Counted from the first letter of the stretch, positions 14,301-29,982 are shown. The stretch: DNA of 64,000 nucleotides from Eledone cirrhosa (GCA_964016885.1 OZ024743.1:10230001-10294000), one strand, 5' to 3'. Notes: generated from the sequence alone by a model not told the origin. Program-made: numbers and translations.

Positions 14301-17300
14301 CATTACCATTACCATTACCTATTACCTATTACCATTACCATTACCTATTACCTATTACCATTACCATTACCATTACCTATTACCATTACCATTACCATTA
14401 CCTATTACCTATTACCATTACCATTACCATTACCTATTACCTATTACCATTACCATTACCTATTACCATTACCATTACCATTACCTATTACCATTACCAT
14501 TACCATTACCATTACCTATTACCTATTACCATTACCTATTACCATTACCTATTACCTATTACCATTACCATTACCATTACCTTTACCTATTACCATTACC
14601 ATTACCTATTACCATTACCTATTACCATTACCTATTACCATTACCATTACCATTACCATTACCTATTACCATTACCATTACCATTACCTATTACCTATTA
14701 CCATTACCATTACCTATTACCATTACCTATTACCATTACCATTACCATTACCATTACCTATTACCATTACCATTACCATTACCTATTACCATTACCTATT
14801 ACCATTACCATTACCATTACCATTACCTATTACCATTACCATTACCTATTACCATTACCATTACCATTACCATTACCATTACCTATTACCATTACCTATT
14901 ACCATTACCATTACCTATTACCATTACCATTACCATTACCTATTACCTATTACCATTACCATTACCATTACCAATTACCTATTACCATTACCTATTACCA
15001 TTACCATTACCATTACCTATTACCATTACCTATTACCATTACCATTACCATTACCATTACCTATTACCATTACCTATTACCATTACCTATTACCATTACC
15101 ATTACCATTACCTATTACCATTACCATTACCATTACCATTACCTATTACCATTAACTATTACCATTACCTATTACCATTACCATTACCATTACCTATTAC
15201 CATTACCATTACCATTACCTATTACCTATTACCCTTACCTATTACCATTACCAATTACCATTACCATTACCTATTACCATTACCTATTACCATTACCATT
15301 ACCATTACCTATTACCATTACCTATTACCATTACCATTACCATTACCATTACCTATTACCATTACCTATTACCATTACCTATTACCATTACCATTACCAT
15401 TACCTATTACCATTACCATTACCATTACCATTACCTATTACCATTAACTATTACCATTACCTATTACCATTACCATTACCATTACCTATTACCATTACCA
15501 TTACCATTACCATTACCTATTACCATTACCTATTACCATTACCATTACCATTACCTATTACCATTACCTATTACCATTACCATTACCATTACCATTACCT
15601 ATTACCATTACCTATTACCATTACCTATTACCATTACCATTACCATTACCTATTACCATTACCATTACCATTACCATTACCTATTACCATTACCATTACC
15701 ATTACCATTACCTATTACCATTAACTATTACCATTACCATTACCATTACCTATTACCATTACCTATTACCATTACCATTACCATTACCATTACCTATTAC
15801 CATTACCTATTACCATTACCATTACCATTACCTATTACCATTACCATTACCATTACCATTACCTATTACCATTACCTATTACCATTACCATTACCATTAC
15901 CTATTACCATTACCTATTACCATTACCATTACCATTACCTATTACCATTACCTATTACCATTACCATTACCATTACCATTACCTATTACCATTACCTATT
16001 ACCATTACCATTACCATTACCATTACCTATTACCATTACCTATTACCATTACCATTACCTATTACCTATTACCATTACCTATTACCATTACCATTACCAT
16101 TACCTATTACCATTACCATTACCATTACCTATTACCATTACCATTACCATTACCTATTACCATTACCATTACCATTACCTATTACCATTACCATTACCAT
16201 TACCTATTACCATTACCATTACCTATTACCTATTACCATTACCTATTACCATTACCATTACCATTACCATTACCATTACCTATTACCATTACCTATTACC
16301 ATTACCATTAGCATTACCATTACCTATTACCATTACCATTACCATTACCTATTACCATTACCATTACCATTACGTATTACCATTACCATTACCATTACCA
16401 TTACCTATTACCATTACCTATTACCATTACCATTACCATTACCATTACCTATTACCATTACCATTACCATTACCTATTACCATTACCTATTACCATTACC
16501 ATTACCATTACCATTACCATTACCATTACCTATTACCATTACCATTACCATTACCATTACCTATTACCATTACCATTACCATTACCTATTACCATTACCA
16601 TTACCATTACCATTACCATTACCTATTACCATTACCATTACCATTACCATTACCATTACCATTACCTATTACCATTACATATTACCATTACCTATTACCA
16701 TTACCATTACCATTACCATTACCTATTACCATTACCTATTACCATTACCATTACTATTACCATTACCTATTACCATTACCTATTACCATTACCATTACCA
16801 TTACCATTACCTATTACCATTACCATTACCATTACCTATTACCATTACCATTACCATTACCATTGCCATTACCTATTACCATTACCATTACCATTACCAT
16901 TACCTATTACCATTACCTATTACCATTACCATTACCATTACCATTACCATTACCTATTACCATTACCATTACCTATTACCATTACCTATTACCATTACCA
17001 TTACCATTACCATTACCATTACCTATTACCATTACCTATTACCATTACCATTACCATTACCTATTACCATTACCATTACCTATTACCATTACCATTACCA
17101 TTACCATTACCTATTACCTATTACCATTACCATTACCATTACCATTACCTATTACCTATTACCATTACCATTACCATTACCTATTACCATTACCATTACC
17201 ATTACCTATTACCATTACCATTACCATTACCTATTACCATTACCATTACCATTACCATTACCATTACCTATTACCATTACCATTACCATTACCTATTACC

Positions 17301-20300
17301 ATTACCATTACCATTACCTATTACCATTACCATTACCATTACCTATTACCATTACCATTACCATTACCATTACCTATTACCATTACCATTACCATTACCA
17401 TTACCTATTACCATTACCTATTACCATTACCATTACCTATTACCATTACCATTACCATTACCATTACCATTACCTATTACCATTACCATTACCATTACCT
17501 ATTACCATTACCTATTACCATTACCATTACCATTACCATTACCATTACCTATTACCATTACCATTACCATTACCTATTACCTATTACCATTACCATTACC
17601 ATTACCATTACCTATTACCATTACCTATTACCATTATCTATTACCATTACCATTACCATTACCATTACCATTACCTATTACCATTACCATTACCATTACC
17701 ATTACCATTACCATTACCATTACCATTACCTATTACCATTACCATTACCATTACCATTACCTATTACCATTACCTATTACCATTACCTATTACCATTACC
17801 ATTACCATTACCATTACCATTACCTATTACCATTACCTATTACCATTACCTATTACCATTACCATTACCATTACCATTACCATTACCTATTACCATTACC
17901 TATTACCATTACCATTACCATTACCATTACCATTACCTATTACCATTACCATTACCATTACCTATTACCTATTACCATTACCATTACCATTACCATTACC
18001 TATTACCATTACCTATTACCATTACCTATTACCATTACCATTACCATTACCTATTACCATTACCTATTACCATTACCTATTACCATTACCATTACCATTA
18101 CCTATTACCATTACCTATTACCATTACCATTACCATTACCTATTACCATTACCTATTACCATTACCATTACCATTACCATTACCATTACCTATTACCATT
18201 ACCTATTACCATTACCATTACCATTACCATTACCTATTACCATTACCATTACCATTACCATTACCATTACCATTACCTATTACCATTACCTATTACCATT
18301 ACCATTACCATTACCATTACCTATTACCATTACCATTACCATTACCTATTACCATTACCATTACCTATTACCATTACCTATTACCATTACCATTACCATT
18401 ACCTATTACCATTACCATTACCATTACCATTACCTATTACCATTACCATTACCATTACCATTACCTATTACCATTACCATTACCATTACCTATTACCATT
18501 ACCATTACCATTACCATTACCTATTACCATTACCTATTACCATTACCTATTACCATTACCATTACCATTACCATTACCTATTACCATTACCTATTACCAT
18601 TACCATTACCATTACCATTACCATTACCTATTACCATTACCTATTACCATTACCATTACCTATTACCATTACCATTACCATTACCATTACCTATTACCAT
18701 TACCATTACCATTACCTATTACCTATTACCATTACCATTACCATTACCTATTACCATTACCATTACCTATTACCATTACCTATTACCATTACCATTACCA
18801 TTACCATTACCTATTACCATTACCTATTACCATTACCATTACCATTACCATTACCTATTACCATTACCATTACCATTACCTATTACCATTACCATTACCA
18901 TTACCTATTACCATTACCTATTACCATTACCATTACCATTACCATTACCTATTACCATTACCATTACCATTACCTATTACCATTACCATTACCATTACCA
19001 TTACCTATTACCATTACCATTACCATTACGTATTACCATTACCATTACCATTACCATTACCTATTACCATTACCTATTACCATTACCTATTACCATTACC
19101 ATTACCATTACCATTACCATTACCTATTACCATTACCTATTACCATTACCATTACCATTACCATTACCTATTACCATTACCATTACCATTACCTATTACC
19201 ATTGCCATTACCATTACGTATTACCATTACCATTACCATTACCATTACCATTACCTATTACCATTACCATTACCATTACCATTACCTATTACCATTACCA
19301 TTACCTATTACCATTACCTATTACCATTACCATTACCATTACCATTACCATTACCTATTACCATTACCATTACCATTACCTATTACCATTACCATTACCT
19401 ATTACCATTACCTATTACCATTACCTATTACCATTACCATTACCATTACCATTACCATATTACCATTACCTATTACCATTACCATTACCATTACCATTAC
19501 CTATTACCATTACCATTACCATTACCATTACCATTACCTATTACCATTACCTATTACCATTACCATTACCATTACCATTACCTATTACCATTACCATTAC
19601 CATTACCTATTACCATTACCATTACCATTACCATTACCATTACCTATTACCATTACCATTACCATTACCTATTACCATTACCTATTACCATTACCATTAC
19701 CATTACCATTACCTATTACCATTACCATTACCATTACCTATTACCATTACCTATTACCATTACCATTACCATTACCATTACCATTACCTATTACCATTAC
19801 CTATTACCATTACCATTACCATTACCTATTACCATTACCATTACCTATTACCATTACCATTACCATTACCATTACCTATTACCTATTACCATTACCATTA
19901 CCATTACCATTACCTATTACCTATTACCATTACCATTACCATTACCTATTACCATTACCATTACCATTACCTATTACCATTACCATTACCATTACCTATT
20001 ACCATTACCATTACCATTACCATTACCTATTACCATTACCATTACCATTACCTATTACCATTACCATTACCATTACCTATTACCATTACCATTACCATTA
20101 CCTATTACCATTACCATTACCATTACCATTACCATTACCTATTACCATTACCATTACCATTACCTATTACCATTACCTATTACCATTACCATTACCTATT
20201 ACCATTACCATTACCATTACCATTACCTATTACCTATTACCATTACCATTACCATTACCATTACCTATTACCATTACCATTACCATTACCTATTACCATT

Positions 20301-23300
20301 ACCATTACCATTACCTATTACCATTACCATTACCATTACCTATTACCATTACCATTACCATTACCTATTACCATTACCATTACCATTACCATTACCTATT
20401 ACCATTACCATTACCATTACCTATTACCATTACCATTACCATTACCATTACCTATTACCTATTACCATTACCATTACCATTACCTATTACCATTACCATT
20501 ACCATTACCTATTACCATTACCATTACCATTACCTATTACCATTACCATTACCATTACCATTACCATTACCATTACCATTACCTATTACCATTACCATTA
20601 CCTATTACCATTACCTATTACCATTACCTATTACCATTACCATTACCATTACCTATTACCATTACCTATTACCATTACCATTACCATTACCTATTACCAT
20701 TACCTATTACCATTACCATTACCATTACCATTACCTATTACCATTACCATTACCATTACCTATTACCATTACCTATTACCATTACCATTACCTATTACCA
20801 TTACCATTACCATTACCATTACCATTACCTATTACCATTACCTATTACCATTACCATTACCATTACCATTACCTATTACCATTACCATTACCATTACCTA
20901 TTACCTATTACCATTACCATTACCTTTACCATTACCTATTACCATTACCTATTACCTATTACCATTACCATTACCTATTACCATTACCATTACCATTACC
21001 TATTACCATTACCTATTACCATTACCATTACCTATTACCATTACCTATTACCATTACCTATTACCATTACCATTACCATTACCATTACCATTACCATTAC
21101 CTATTACCATTACCTATTACCATTACCATTACCATTACCATTACCATTACCTATTACCATTACCTATTACCATTACCATTACCATTACCATTACCATTAC
21201 CTATTACCATTACCTATTACCATTACCATTACCATTACCTATTACCATTACCTATTACCTATTACCTATTACCATTACCTATTACCATTACCATTACCTA
21301 TTACCATTACCATTACCATTACCTATTACCATTACCTATTACCATTACCATTACCATTACCTATTACCATTACCTATTACCATTACCATTACCTATTACC
21401 ATTACCTATTACCATTACCTATTACCATTACCATTACCATTACCATTACCTATTACCATTACCATTACCATTACCATTACCATTACCTATTACCATTACC
21501 TATTACCATTACCTATTACCATTACCATTACCATTACCTATTACCATTACCATTACCATTACCTATTACCTATTACCATTACCTATTACCATACCATTAC
21601 CATTACCTATTACCATTACCATTACCATTACCATTACCTATTACCATTACCATTACCATTACCTATTACCATTACCATTACCATTACCATTACCTATTAC
21701 CATTACCTATTACCATTACCATTACCATTACCATTACCTATTACCATTACCTATTACCATTACCTATTACCATTACCATTACCATTACCTATTACCATTA
21801 CCATTACCATTACCTATTACCTATTACCATTACCATTACCATTACCTATTACCATTACCATTACCATTACCTATTACCATTACCTATTACCATTACCTAT
21901 TACCATTACCATTACCATTACCTATTACCATTACCTATTACCATTACCTATTACCATTACCATTACCATTACCTATTACCATTACCATTACCATTACCTA
22001 TTACCATTACCATTACCATTACCTATTACCATTACCATTACCGTTACCTATTACCATTACCATTACCATTACCTATTACCTATTACCATTACCTATTACC
22101 ATTACCATTACCATTACCTATTACCATTGCCTATTACCATTACCTATTACCATTACCATTACCTATTACCATTACCATTACCATTACCTATTACCATTAC
22201 CATTACCTATTACCATTACCATTACCATTACCTATTACCTATTACCATTACCATTACCTATTACCATTACCTATTACCTATTACCATTACCATTACCATT
22301 ACCTATTACCATTACCTATTACCTATTACCATTACCATTACCTATTACCATTACCTATTACCTATTACCATTACCTATTACCATTACCATTACCATTACC
22401 TATTACCTATTACCATTACCATTACCTATTACCATTACCCATTACCTATTACCATTACCATTACCTATTACCTATTACCATTACCATTACCATTACCTAT
22501 TACCATTACCATTACCATTACCTTTACCTATTACCATTACCATTACCTGTTACCATTACCTATTACCTATTACCATTACCATTACCTATTACCTATTACC
22601 ATTACCATTACCTATTACCATTACCATTACCTATTACCATTACCATTACCATTACCTATTACCATTACCATTACCATTACCTATTACCATTACCTATTAC
22701 CTATTACCATTACCATTACCATTACCATTACCTATTACCATTACCTATTACCATTACCTATTACCATTACCATTACCATTACCTATTACCATTACCATTA
22801 CCATTACCTATTACCATTACCTATTACCTATTACCATTACCATTACCTATTACCATTACCTATTACCTATTACCATTACCATTACCATTACCTATTACCA
22901 TTACCATTACCATTACCTATTACCATTACCATTACCATTACCTATTACCATTACCTATTACCTATTACCATTACCATTACCATTACCATTACCATTACCT
23001 ATTACCATTACCTATTACCATTACCTATTACCATTACCATTACCATTACCCATTACCATTACCATTACCATTACCTATTACCTATTACCTATTACCTATT
23101 ACCATTACCATTACCTATTACCATTACCATTACCATTACCTATTACCATTACCTATTACCTATTACCATTACCATTACCTATTACCATTACCTATTACCA
23201 TTACCTATTACCATTACCTATTACCATTACCATTACCATTACCTATTACCATTACCATTACCATTACCTATTACCTATTACCATTACCATTACCATTACC

Positions 23301-24024
23301 TATTACCATTACCTATTACCTATTACCATTACCATTACCATTACCTATTACCATTACCATTACCTATTACCGTTACCATTACCATTACCTATTACCATTA
23401 CCATTACCATTACCTATTACCATTACCTATTACCATTACCATTACCATTACCATTACCTATTACCATTACCATTACCTATTACCATTACCATTACCTATT
23501 ACCATTACCATTACCATTACCATTACCATTACCTATTACCATTACCATTACCTATTACCATTACCATTACCATTACCATTACCTATTACCATTACTATTA
23601 CCATTACCTATTACCATTACCATTACCATTACCATTACCATTACCTATTACCATTACCTATTACCATTACCATTACCATTACCTATTACCATTACCATTA
23701 CCTATTACCATTACCTATTACCATTACCATTACCATTACCTATTACCATTACCTATTACCATTACCATTACCATTACCTATTACCATTACCATTACCATT
23801 ACCATTACCTATTACCATTACCATTACCATTACCATTACCTATTACCATTACTATTACCATTACCTATTACCATTACCATTACCTATTACCATTACCATT
23901 ACCTATTACCATTACCATTACCATTACCTATTACCATTACCTATTACCATTACCTATTACCATTACCATTACCATTACCATTACCATTACCTATTACCAT
24001 TACCTATTACCATTACCTATTACC
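5301..24024. repeat. 18.7 kb satellite of interspersed ATTACC (6 nt) and TATTACC (7 nt) units; minus strand [GGTAAT(A)0-1]n
   Basis: Directly visible, very few other variant units. It produces the spurious poly-YH/LP/IT ORFs in the ORF track. Confidence 0.99.
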
Positions 24025-24930
24025 GTTTATATATAACATAACAGACATGACAAAACAATAAATTTTCCAAGAAATATGGAAAACAAAAAACACTTCAGAT
24101 CCCATGAGGTACATTTTCATTTTTTTTTTCATTTCACCAACCTCATTTACAGTGAGTGCTGGGTGTTTTTTTGCCGTGGCGCCTACACGTCCACTTTGCA
24201 GTGGAATGATAGGGAGCCCAGTCCCTATCATCTCATTTCTACAGCTGAGTAAACTGGAGCAATGTGAAATAAAGTGTCTTGCTCAAGGAAACAACACATC
24301 ACCCGGTCTGAGAGTTGAACTCACAACCTTTCGATTGCAAGGCCAATGCTCTAACCACTAAGCCATGTGCAGATGTACAAAATATTATCCACTAGAACAT
24401 TCCACTATTGTGAGTAGACCCTAGAATGAAAAAAGCACTCGAAATATATAGAATAATCAAAAGCCAAAGATAACCCCAAAAGCTCTTAAAAAACTACTTA
24501 CCAGTGCCAAATTACCAAACACCAACAGTTAAAAATTGTGATTGCCCTAATAGCGGCGCACATAAATTTAAATCAGGACACATTTTTGTTGTAAAACATA
24601 ATTGTGTTTTTATTGGCATTATAACAATATAATTTTACTTGTTCTTAAAAAAATGTTCTATATGCTATTAAGTGTAAAGAATGTAACGAAGACTACATAA
24701 GACAAACAAAACTTATCTTCAGAGACAAAATGACTATTCATCGTTAACAAGTACGAGACTCCAGCACTAGACAGACTCCACTCAGTGGGTATCTAGAGTT
24801 GTGTGAGACAAATACGTCCCCCAAGTTCCAAGGGTTACCTTTGTTCAGATAATACCACAGACCAAACACGAATAAATAAATAAAATATATTTCTACAAAT
24901 ATACTAACCACGGCTGAATAAACTTTAACA
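24025..24930 (+). mobile_element. Continuation of the Neptune-like PLE: linker and GIY-YIG endonuclease relic, interrupted by a SINE
   Basis: LPFI at the array end, then after the SINE DVQNIIH*NIPLL*VDPRMKKALEIYRIIKSQR*P..KLLTSAKL, and TCS*KNVLYAIKCKECNEDYIRQTKLIFRDKMTIHR*QVRD (GIY-YIG with CxxC between the motifs). A possible degenerate hammerhead (cata atgaaga...aaacgtc tatg) lies at 25162-25189. Confidence 0.75.
24135..24370 (-). mobile_element. tRNA-derived SINE, family B (V-domain-like), joined to an RTE 3'UTR-like segment
   Basis: Minus strand: gcacatggcttagtggttagagc (A box)...gtgagttcaactctc (B box)...gtttccttgagcaagacactttatttcacattgctccagtttactcagctg. The head is nearly identical to the copy at 62063-62437. 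Segment 24137-24204 resembles 42137-42203. Confidence 0.8.
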
Positions 24931-26491
24931 AGTTACATTTACTAACAACTTCCTTCTTTCATACACAATTCTTGTTCATTCTGCCTTTTGAGATATTGTA
25001 GTTACACAGTCAACAACCACTGCTTTGAGCATAATGATGACTTTTTCTCACATTTCAGTAATGCAGGGCCATAGTAGAGAACTTTTATACACCCAAATCT
25101 TGTTCATTCTGCTACTTGACATATTGAATTTACAGATCCCTTATTTCTTGGAATGCATGGACATAATGAAGAACGAACAAACGTCTATGCTTAATCATAT
25201 GATCATCCTCAACCACTCATATTGTATCTTAAACAGAGCAATTTCACCCATGTTCTCTTCATAAAACAGCTTTTATTTTGCTTTTATTTTTTTAATTTTC
25301 TTTCTTTTTAAAGAAAGAGAAAAAAAAAAAAAATTTACAGTCGAGTGGAGAAATGAGTAGCTAACATGATTGAGGTAGTCAGACAAATGACAGAACAATT
25401 AAACTTTAACTAATCCTAGATAGAACAGCAGTAGCAGAAAGCATTTGAAAGAGGAGAAAGATCTGGGACCTGAAAGACCCTCTTGGGTGGGAATAAATTC
25501 AAGAAAGTCTGGCTTGATGCTTATTACAACAAAGAAGAGATAGAAACCTACAATATAAAGGTAAGTGGGGATTCCTGTGAGACAACTTGGATACATATGA
25601 TGTCTGTCTGCCTGCTTTGTGAAAGGTTCCAGGAAGATGGTGGGTAACATGTTGGTAGAAAGCAGCAGCTTAGCTCACTACATTATGTGTGCACTTCACT
25701 CATTGTTTTTCAGCAGAAGCTGCCTGGTGTATTTTCTTTACTCATCCACTTTTTAAAGTATCACATAGCTCAGTAGCATAATGACTTTAAAAGTTTAACT
25801 GGGAGAACAGATAGATTGATAGGTAGATAGTTAGTTAAATAGGTAATTTGCTACGTAGGCAGACAAATTGGCAGATAGAAGTGTATGGATAAAGTGCCAG
25901 GCTACTTTAGGGGCTGATTGTTTTGTTGTCTTCTAACCAGCACTGTGTTAGCATGTTCCTAAGGTAACCTTACATATATCTTCTATGTGGAGAATATTTA
26001 TGTCTAATCAACAGTGCCTCAGAAATACAGACTGCTAGACTATCAACTACTTTTGGTCTAAAATGGATTAACCAATTAGGAGGAAAGAAATTTCAAAGGT
26101 AGAGAAATGTTATACCACTCATTTCTAAGCTTTAAGAATATAGGTAATAGTCATATGTATTGGTTTTTAATACATGTTACTGTGTATAAAATAGTATGTG
26201 AATGGTTTCTTTATATCGATTTGCCAGAGTATTTCAGCATGTTAAATTTAGATTTCATTTGAGTAGGAATTCATATAATTAATATTTTGACTTGGTACAA
26301 AGTCAATTTTTTGAGGCGTATAATACTGGCATTTTATTTTAATGATTTTGTCAAGATAAAGTGAAGAGTCCACTACAACACGATTTGAATTCAAGACATC
26401 GATAATTAAACAAAATATTGATTTATTATTTAGGCAAAAGTCACATAGATGAAATTAGATTTTCTTTTTGATATCATTATTATCATAAAAT

Positions 26492-26712
26492 AGGATGGTG
26501 GATTGGCAGAATTGGTAGACTGTCGGGTAAAATGCCATTGCAATAATTGTTCTGGCTCTTTACATTCAGAATTCAAATCCCACTGAGGTCAACTTTGCTT
26601 TTCATCCTTCTGAGGTTGATCAAATAAAGTACCAGCCAAGTACTGGAGTGGACTTAATCAACTTTGCCTTCTCCTAAAAATTTGCTGGCTCTATACCTGA
26701 ATTAGAAATCAT
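26492..26712 (+). mobile_element. SINE family A, older variant
   Basis: ggtggattggcagaattggtagac...aattcaaatccc...gcttttcatccttctgaggttgatcaaataaagtacc...ttagaaatcatta. Confidence 0.8.
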
Positions 26713-28048
26713 TATAAAATGATTGAATAGTGAGATATTGTATTTGTATGTACAAAATGTCTAGCAGTAACATTTATTTGTTTGTCATGGCCTATTCTTA
26801 ATATTTTGGCTTCATGGAAAAGGATTGATATTAAAAGGTATCAGCCAACTGTCGTAACCAAACATGGAAACAAAATACTAGAAGACAATTCACCACTTCT
26901 ACTAACTGCCCACTTTTGAATTCTTACAATTAATAAATAAAGCTAATCTTGAAGTAGATGAAGAGAACAAAATAACACAAATGGCAACAACAACATGATT
27001 TATTAATTTCATAACAAACAGTATTAGAACAAGTAAACAGTAAAATATCATTAGAAAGCAGCAAGTGAAGCAAAGTTCTTGTAACCTATTGCAGAATGAC
27101 AACTAATTGACTTTCTTTTGTTGAATGTTCAGCTTTCAAATTCGTTCAATATTATTCAAAAAGAATTGATACTATGGACGAACGGAGAAAAAAATAATAG
27201 CCTTCCATTTTCATTGTTGATCAATCAATATCTCAACTTTTGAAGTTGATGCAAGCATTATTATGTAAAATAAGAAACAAAACATTAAACAACTGAATCA
27301 AACTTTAAGCAGACTTTAAGGAAATAAACATAAAGTGAAGCATTGAACCTAGTTGTTTCAATTAATATACATAAATATTCACAGACTGAGTGCATTGCAT
27401 GAAGCAGCATCACGTGCAGCTGTATTTTATGCAATCTAAGTTTCACATACTTCATACTGTGTTTGTGTTAGCCTTATTCAAATTATAGATTGGTGATATT
27501 TTCTTTGTTTTTTCTTATATTTAGAAATATTCTCTCATAAGTGAAAGCATTGAAATTCCTTTGTGTTGTGTATTTACTCTTTGTTACTATTGTTCTTGTG
27601 ATTTCTTAAACTCTATTTCTGATATGAAATTATCATTAGTTATAGTTCTACAAAGGTTATCAATGTCATATTCAGCTGAGCTGCCATGAAGCCTTGCATC
27701 AACTAGCATACCATATATTTATGTTGTTGGTGTAGTTTAGCCCAAGGCCTTCCTTGATCCAGTAGACATACAGCATGTAGTTTGAAAGTCTTATGACTAG
27801 GAACGTTATACATACCATACCTTTGCCTAGTTGGGGACTATACTGTACTCTCAGATATGACATGGAGTAAATTAAGAAAGTTAAGCTATTTTGGATTTTT
27901 TCTTACTGTGCTGTCTGCTTTTGTGTGCTTGTGAGTTTTACCCCATTCTCAAACAAATATAGTGGATTTGGTTAGAGTGATTCATTCATATTTTACCATT
28001 TGTCTACTTTAATACAAGCATGACATAATTGTTAATACTGATTTTCAT

Positions 28049-28100
<52 letters not shown>

Positions 28101-28309
28101 TTAATAATCAAACAGTTTGTATCAAAGAATCAATTTTCTTCTTGTTTTGGAATGAAGTTTTCAGTAATTTTAACAAGATGATACTTTGGTTTTATCTTTT
28201 ATAATCAACTATAATAATATACCATGTGTATATACCATGTGCATATCTATATATATTCATATTTTTATCTATCTATCTAATTATAGTCTTCACATTTATT
28301 ATTATTACT

Positions 28310-28369
<60 letters not shown>

Positions 28370-28499
28370 CTAATCTGAGTTTTTCGAATATTAATAATAA
28401 TATTCGATTCGTTTGCAATTATGCAAACAAGCCTCATTTTTAAAGCCATGTCAGTAGAATGAGTCCCTCATTCATGCTCTTGTGTTGGCATGTAAACAG

Positions 28500-28547
28500 A
28501 ATTACAGACATTAATGTTTCTGGGTGTTTCCCTTCATCAGTACAGTT
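28500..28547 (-). ncRNA. Minimal type I hammerhead ribozyme (inverted copy)
   Basis: Minus strand: aactgta CTGATGA agggaaacaccca GAAA cattaatg TC tgtaatt. Palindromic stem III ACATTAATGT and a GUC site. Confidence 0.75.
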
Positions 28548-28920
28548 CACTGTTCACCTGCCAACTGTCAGAGCTAGTGAAAATATATATTTTCTAAAAT
28601 ATACTGATCGGCCTGATTTGCATATTAGCAGACTGGCAGTCAGTCAGATCTGCATATTAGCAGATCCACTGATCAGCCAGATTTGCATATCAGCAGACTG
28701 GCCAGTCAATTGCCTGTATACGAGCGATTAATGGCCGGCTTTGCCAAATTCAAATAAAAAAAAAGATTTTTTTTCGCTGTACATAGCTGAATACAATAAA
28801 TGTAATCTGAGTTTTCAAATATTAATAATAATATTTGATTCGTTTGCAATTATTCAAACAAGCCTCATTGTAAATTTTATATATTCATATATTTTCACTA
28901 GCTCTGGCTGGTGAACAGTG

Positions 28921-28967
28921 AACTGTACTGATGAAGGGTAATACCCAGAAACATAGTGTCTGCAGTT
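28921..28967 (+). ncRNA. Minimal type I hammerhead ribozyme
   Basis: aactgta CTGATGA a gggt aat accc a GAAA catagtg TC tgcagtt. Stem I aactgta/tgcagtt, stem II gggt/accc, GUC cleavage triplet. Confidence 0.8.
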
Positions 28968-29126
28968 CTATTTACATGCCAACACAAGAGCAATAATGAG
29001 GGGCTCATTCTACTGACATGGCTTTAAAAATGAGGCTTGTTTGCATAATTGCAAATGAATCAAATATTATTATTGATATTCGAAAAACTTAGATTACATT
29101 TATTCTATTCAGCCATCTAGAGCGAA

Positions 29127-29500
<374 letters not shown>

Positions 29501-29503
<3 letters not shown>

Positions 29504-29678
29504 TCATCATCATAATCATTTAGCATCCACTTTTCCATGTTTGCATGGGTTAGATGGATTGTCGGCACCTGGAGGCAAGTTTGGTCAGAGTTGGCTATGT
29601 TGCACCTTACTCCAACTATGACTGTAAATTTGGCCAGGTATTTTACAGCTGGATGCCATTCCTAACACCAACCACATT
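29501..29678 (-). mobile_element. RTE-type 3' end with (GAT)n tail
   Basis: Reverse complement has gtggttggtgttaggaatggcatccagctgtaaaa...acccatgcaaacatggaaaagtggatgctaaatgattatgatgatg, like the RTE end at 41993-42215. Confidence 0.65.
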
Positions 29679-29719
29679 ATATATATATATATATACATCT
29701 CTTCTGTTCAGTCTTGTTG

Positions 29720-29982
29720 GTGATATGACAGAAAGTCTCCCATCCACCCTGTAAGGTGTTTGTGCTGGTGACAATGAAAAATCACACAGTCCATCCTCTT
29801 AGATGGCTATTTTGATGCCATGATATAAAGCACCCAATTCACACTGTAACATGGTTGGTGGTTAGGAAGGGCATCTAGCCATAGAAACCAAGCAAAAATA
29901 CATATCCAAACAACATGACAACCAGTCTAGCCATTGCAAGCATGGGAAGAAATGGACATTAAACAATGATGATGATAATGAT
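29720..29982 (+). mobile_element. RTE-type 3' end (LINE, or SINE with an RTE tail) with (GAT)n tail
   Basis: aagcacccaattcacactgtaacatggttggtggttaggaagggcatctagcc...gcaagcatggg...ggacattaaacaatgatgatg. Confidence 0.65.

Noticed and set aside
5301-24024. Canonical telomere or CRISPR array
   Set aside because: The unit is not TTAGGG, the array is interstitial with PLE sequence on both sides, and there are no unique spacers.
5271-24061. Very long ORFs (657, 429, 2392 and 1619 aa) of YH/LP/IT repeats
   Set aside because: The plus strand of the satellite has almost no G and almost no TAA, so all frames stay open by composition. The starts are chance TTG variants.
25420-25566. Possible host exon ending at the strong donor AAG/gtaagt (25560/25561)
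   Set aside because: The frames checked contain stops, there is no clear acceptor, and no protein was recognised. Needs RNA-seq.
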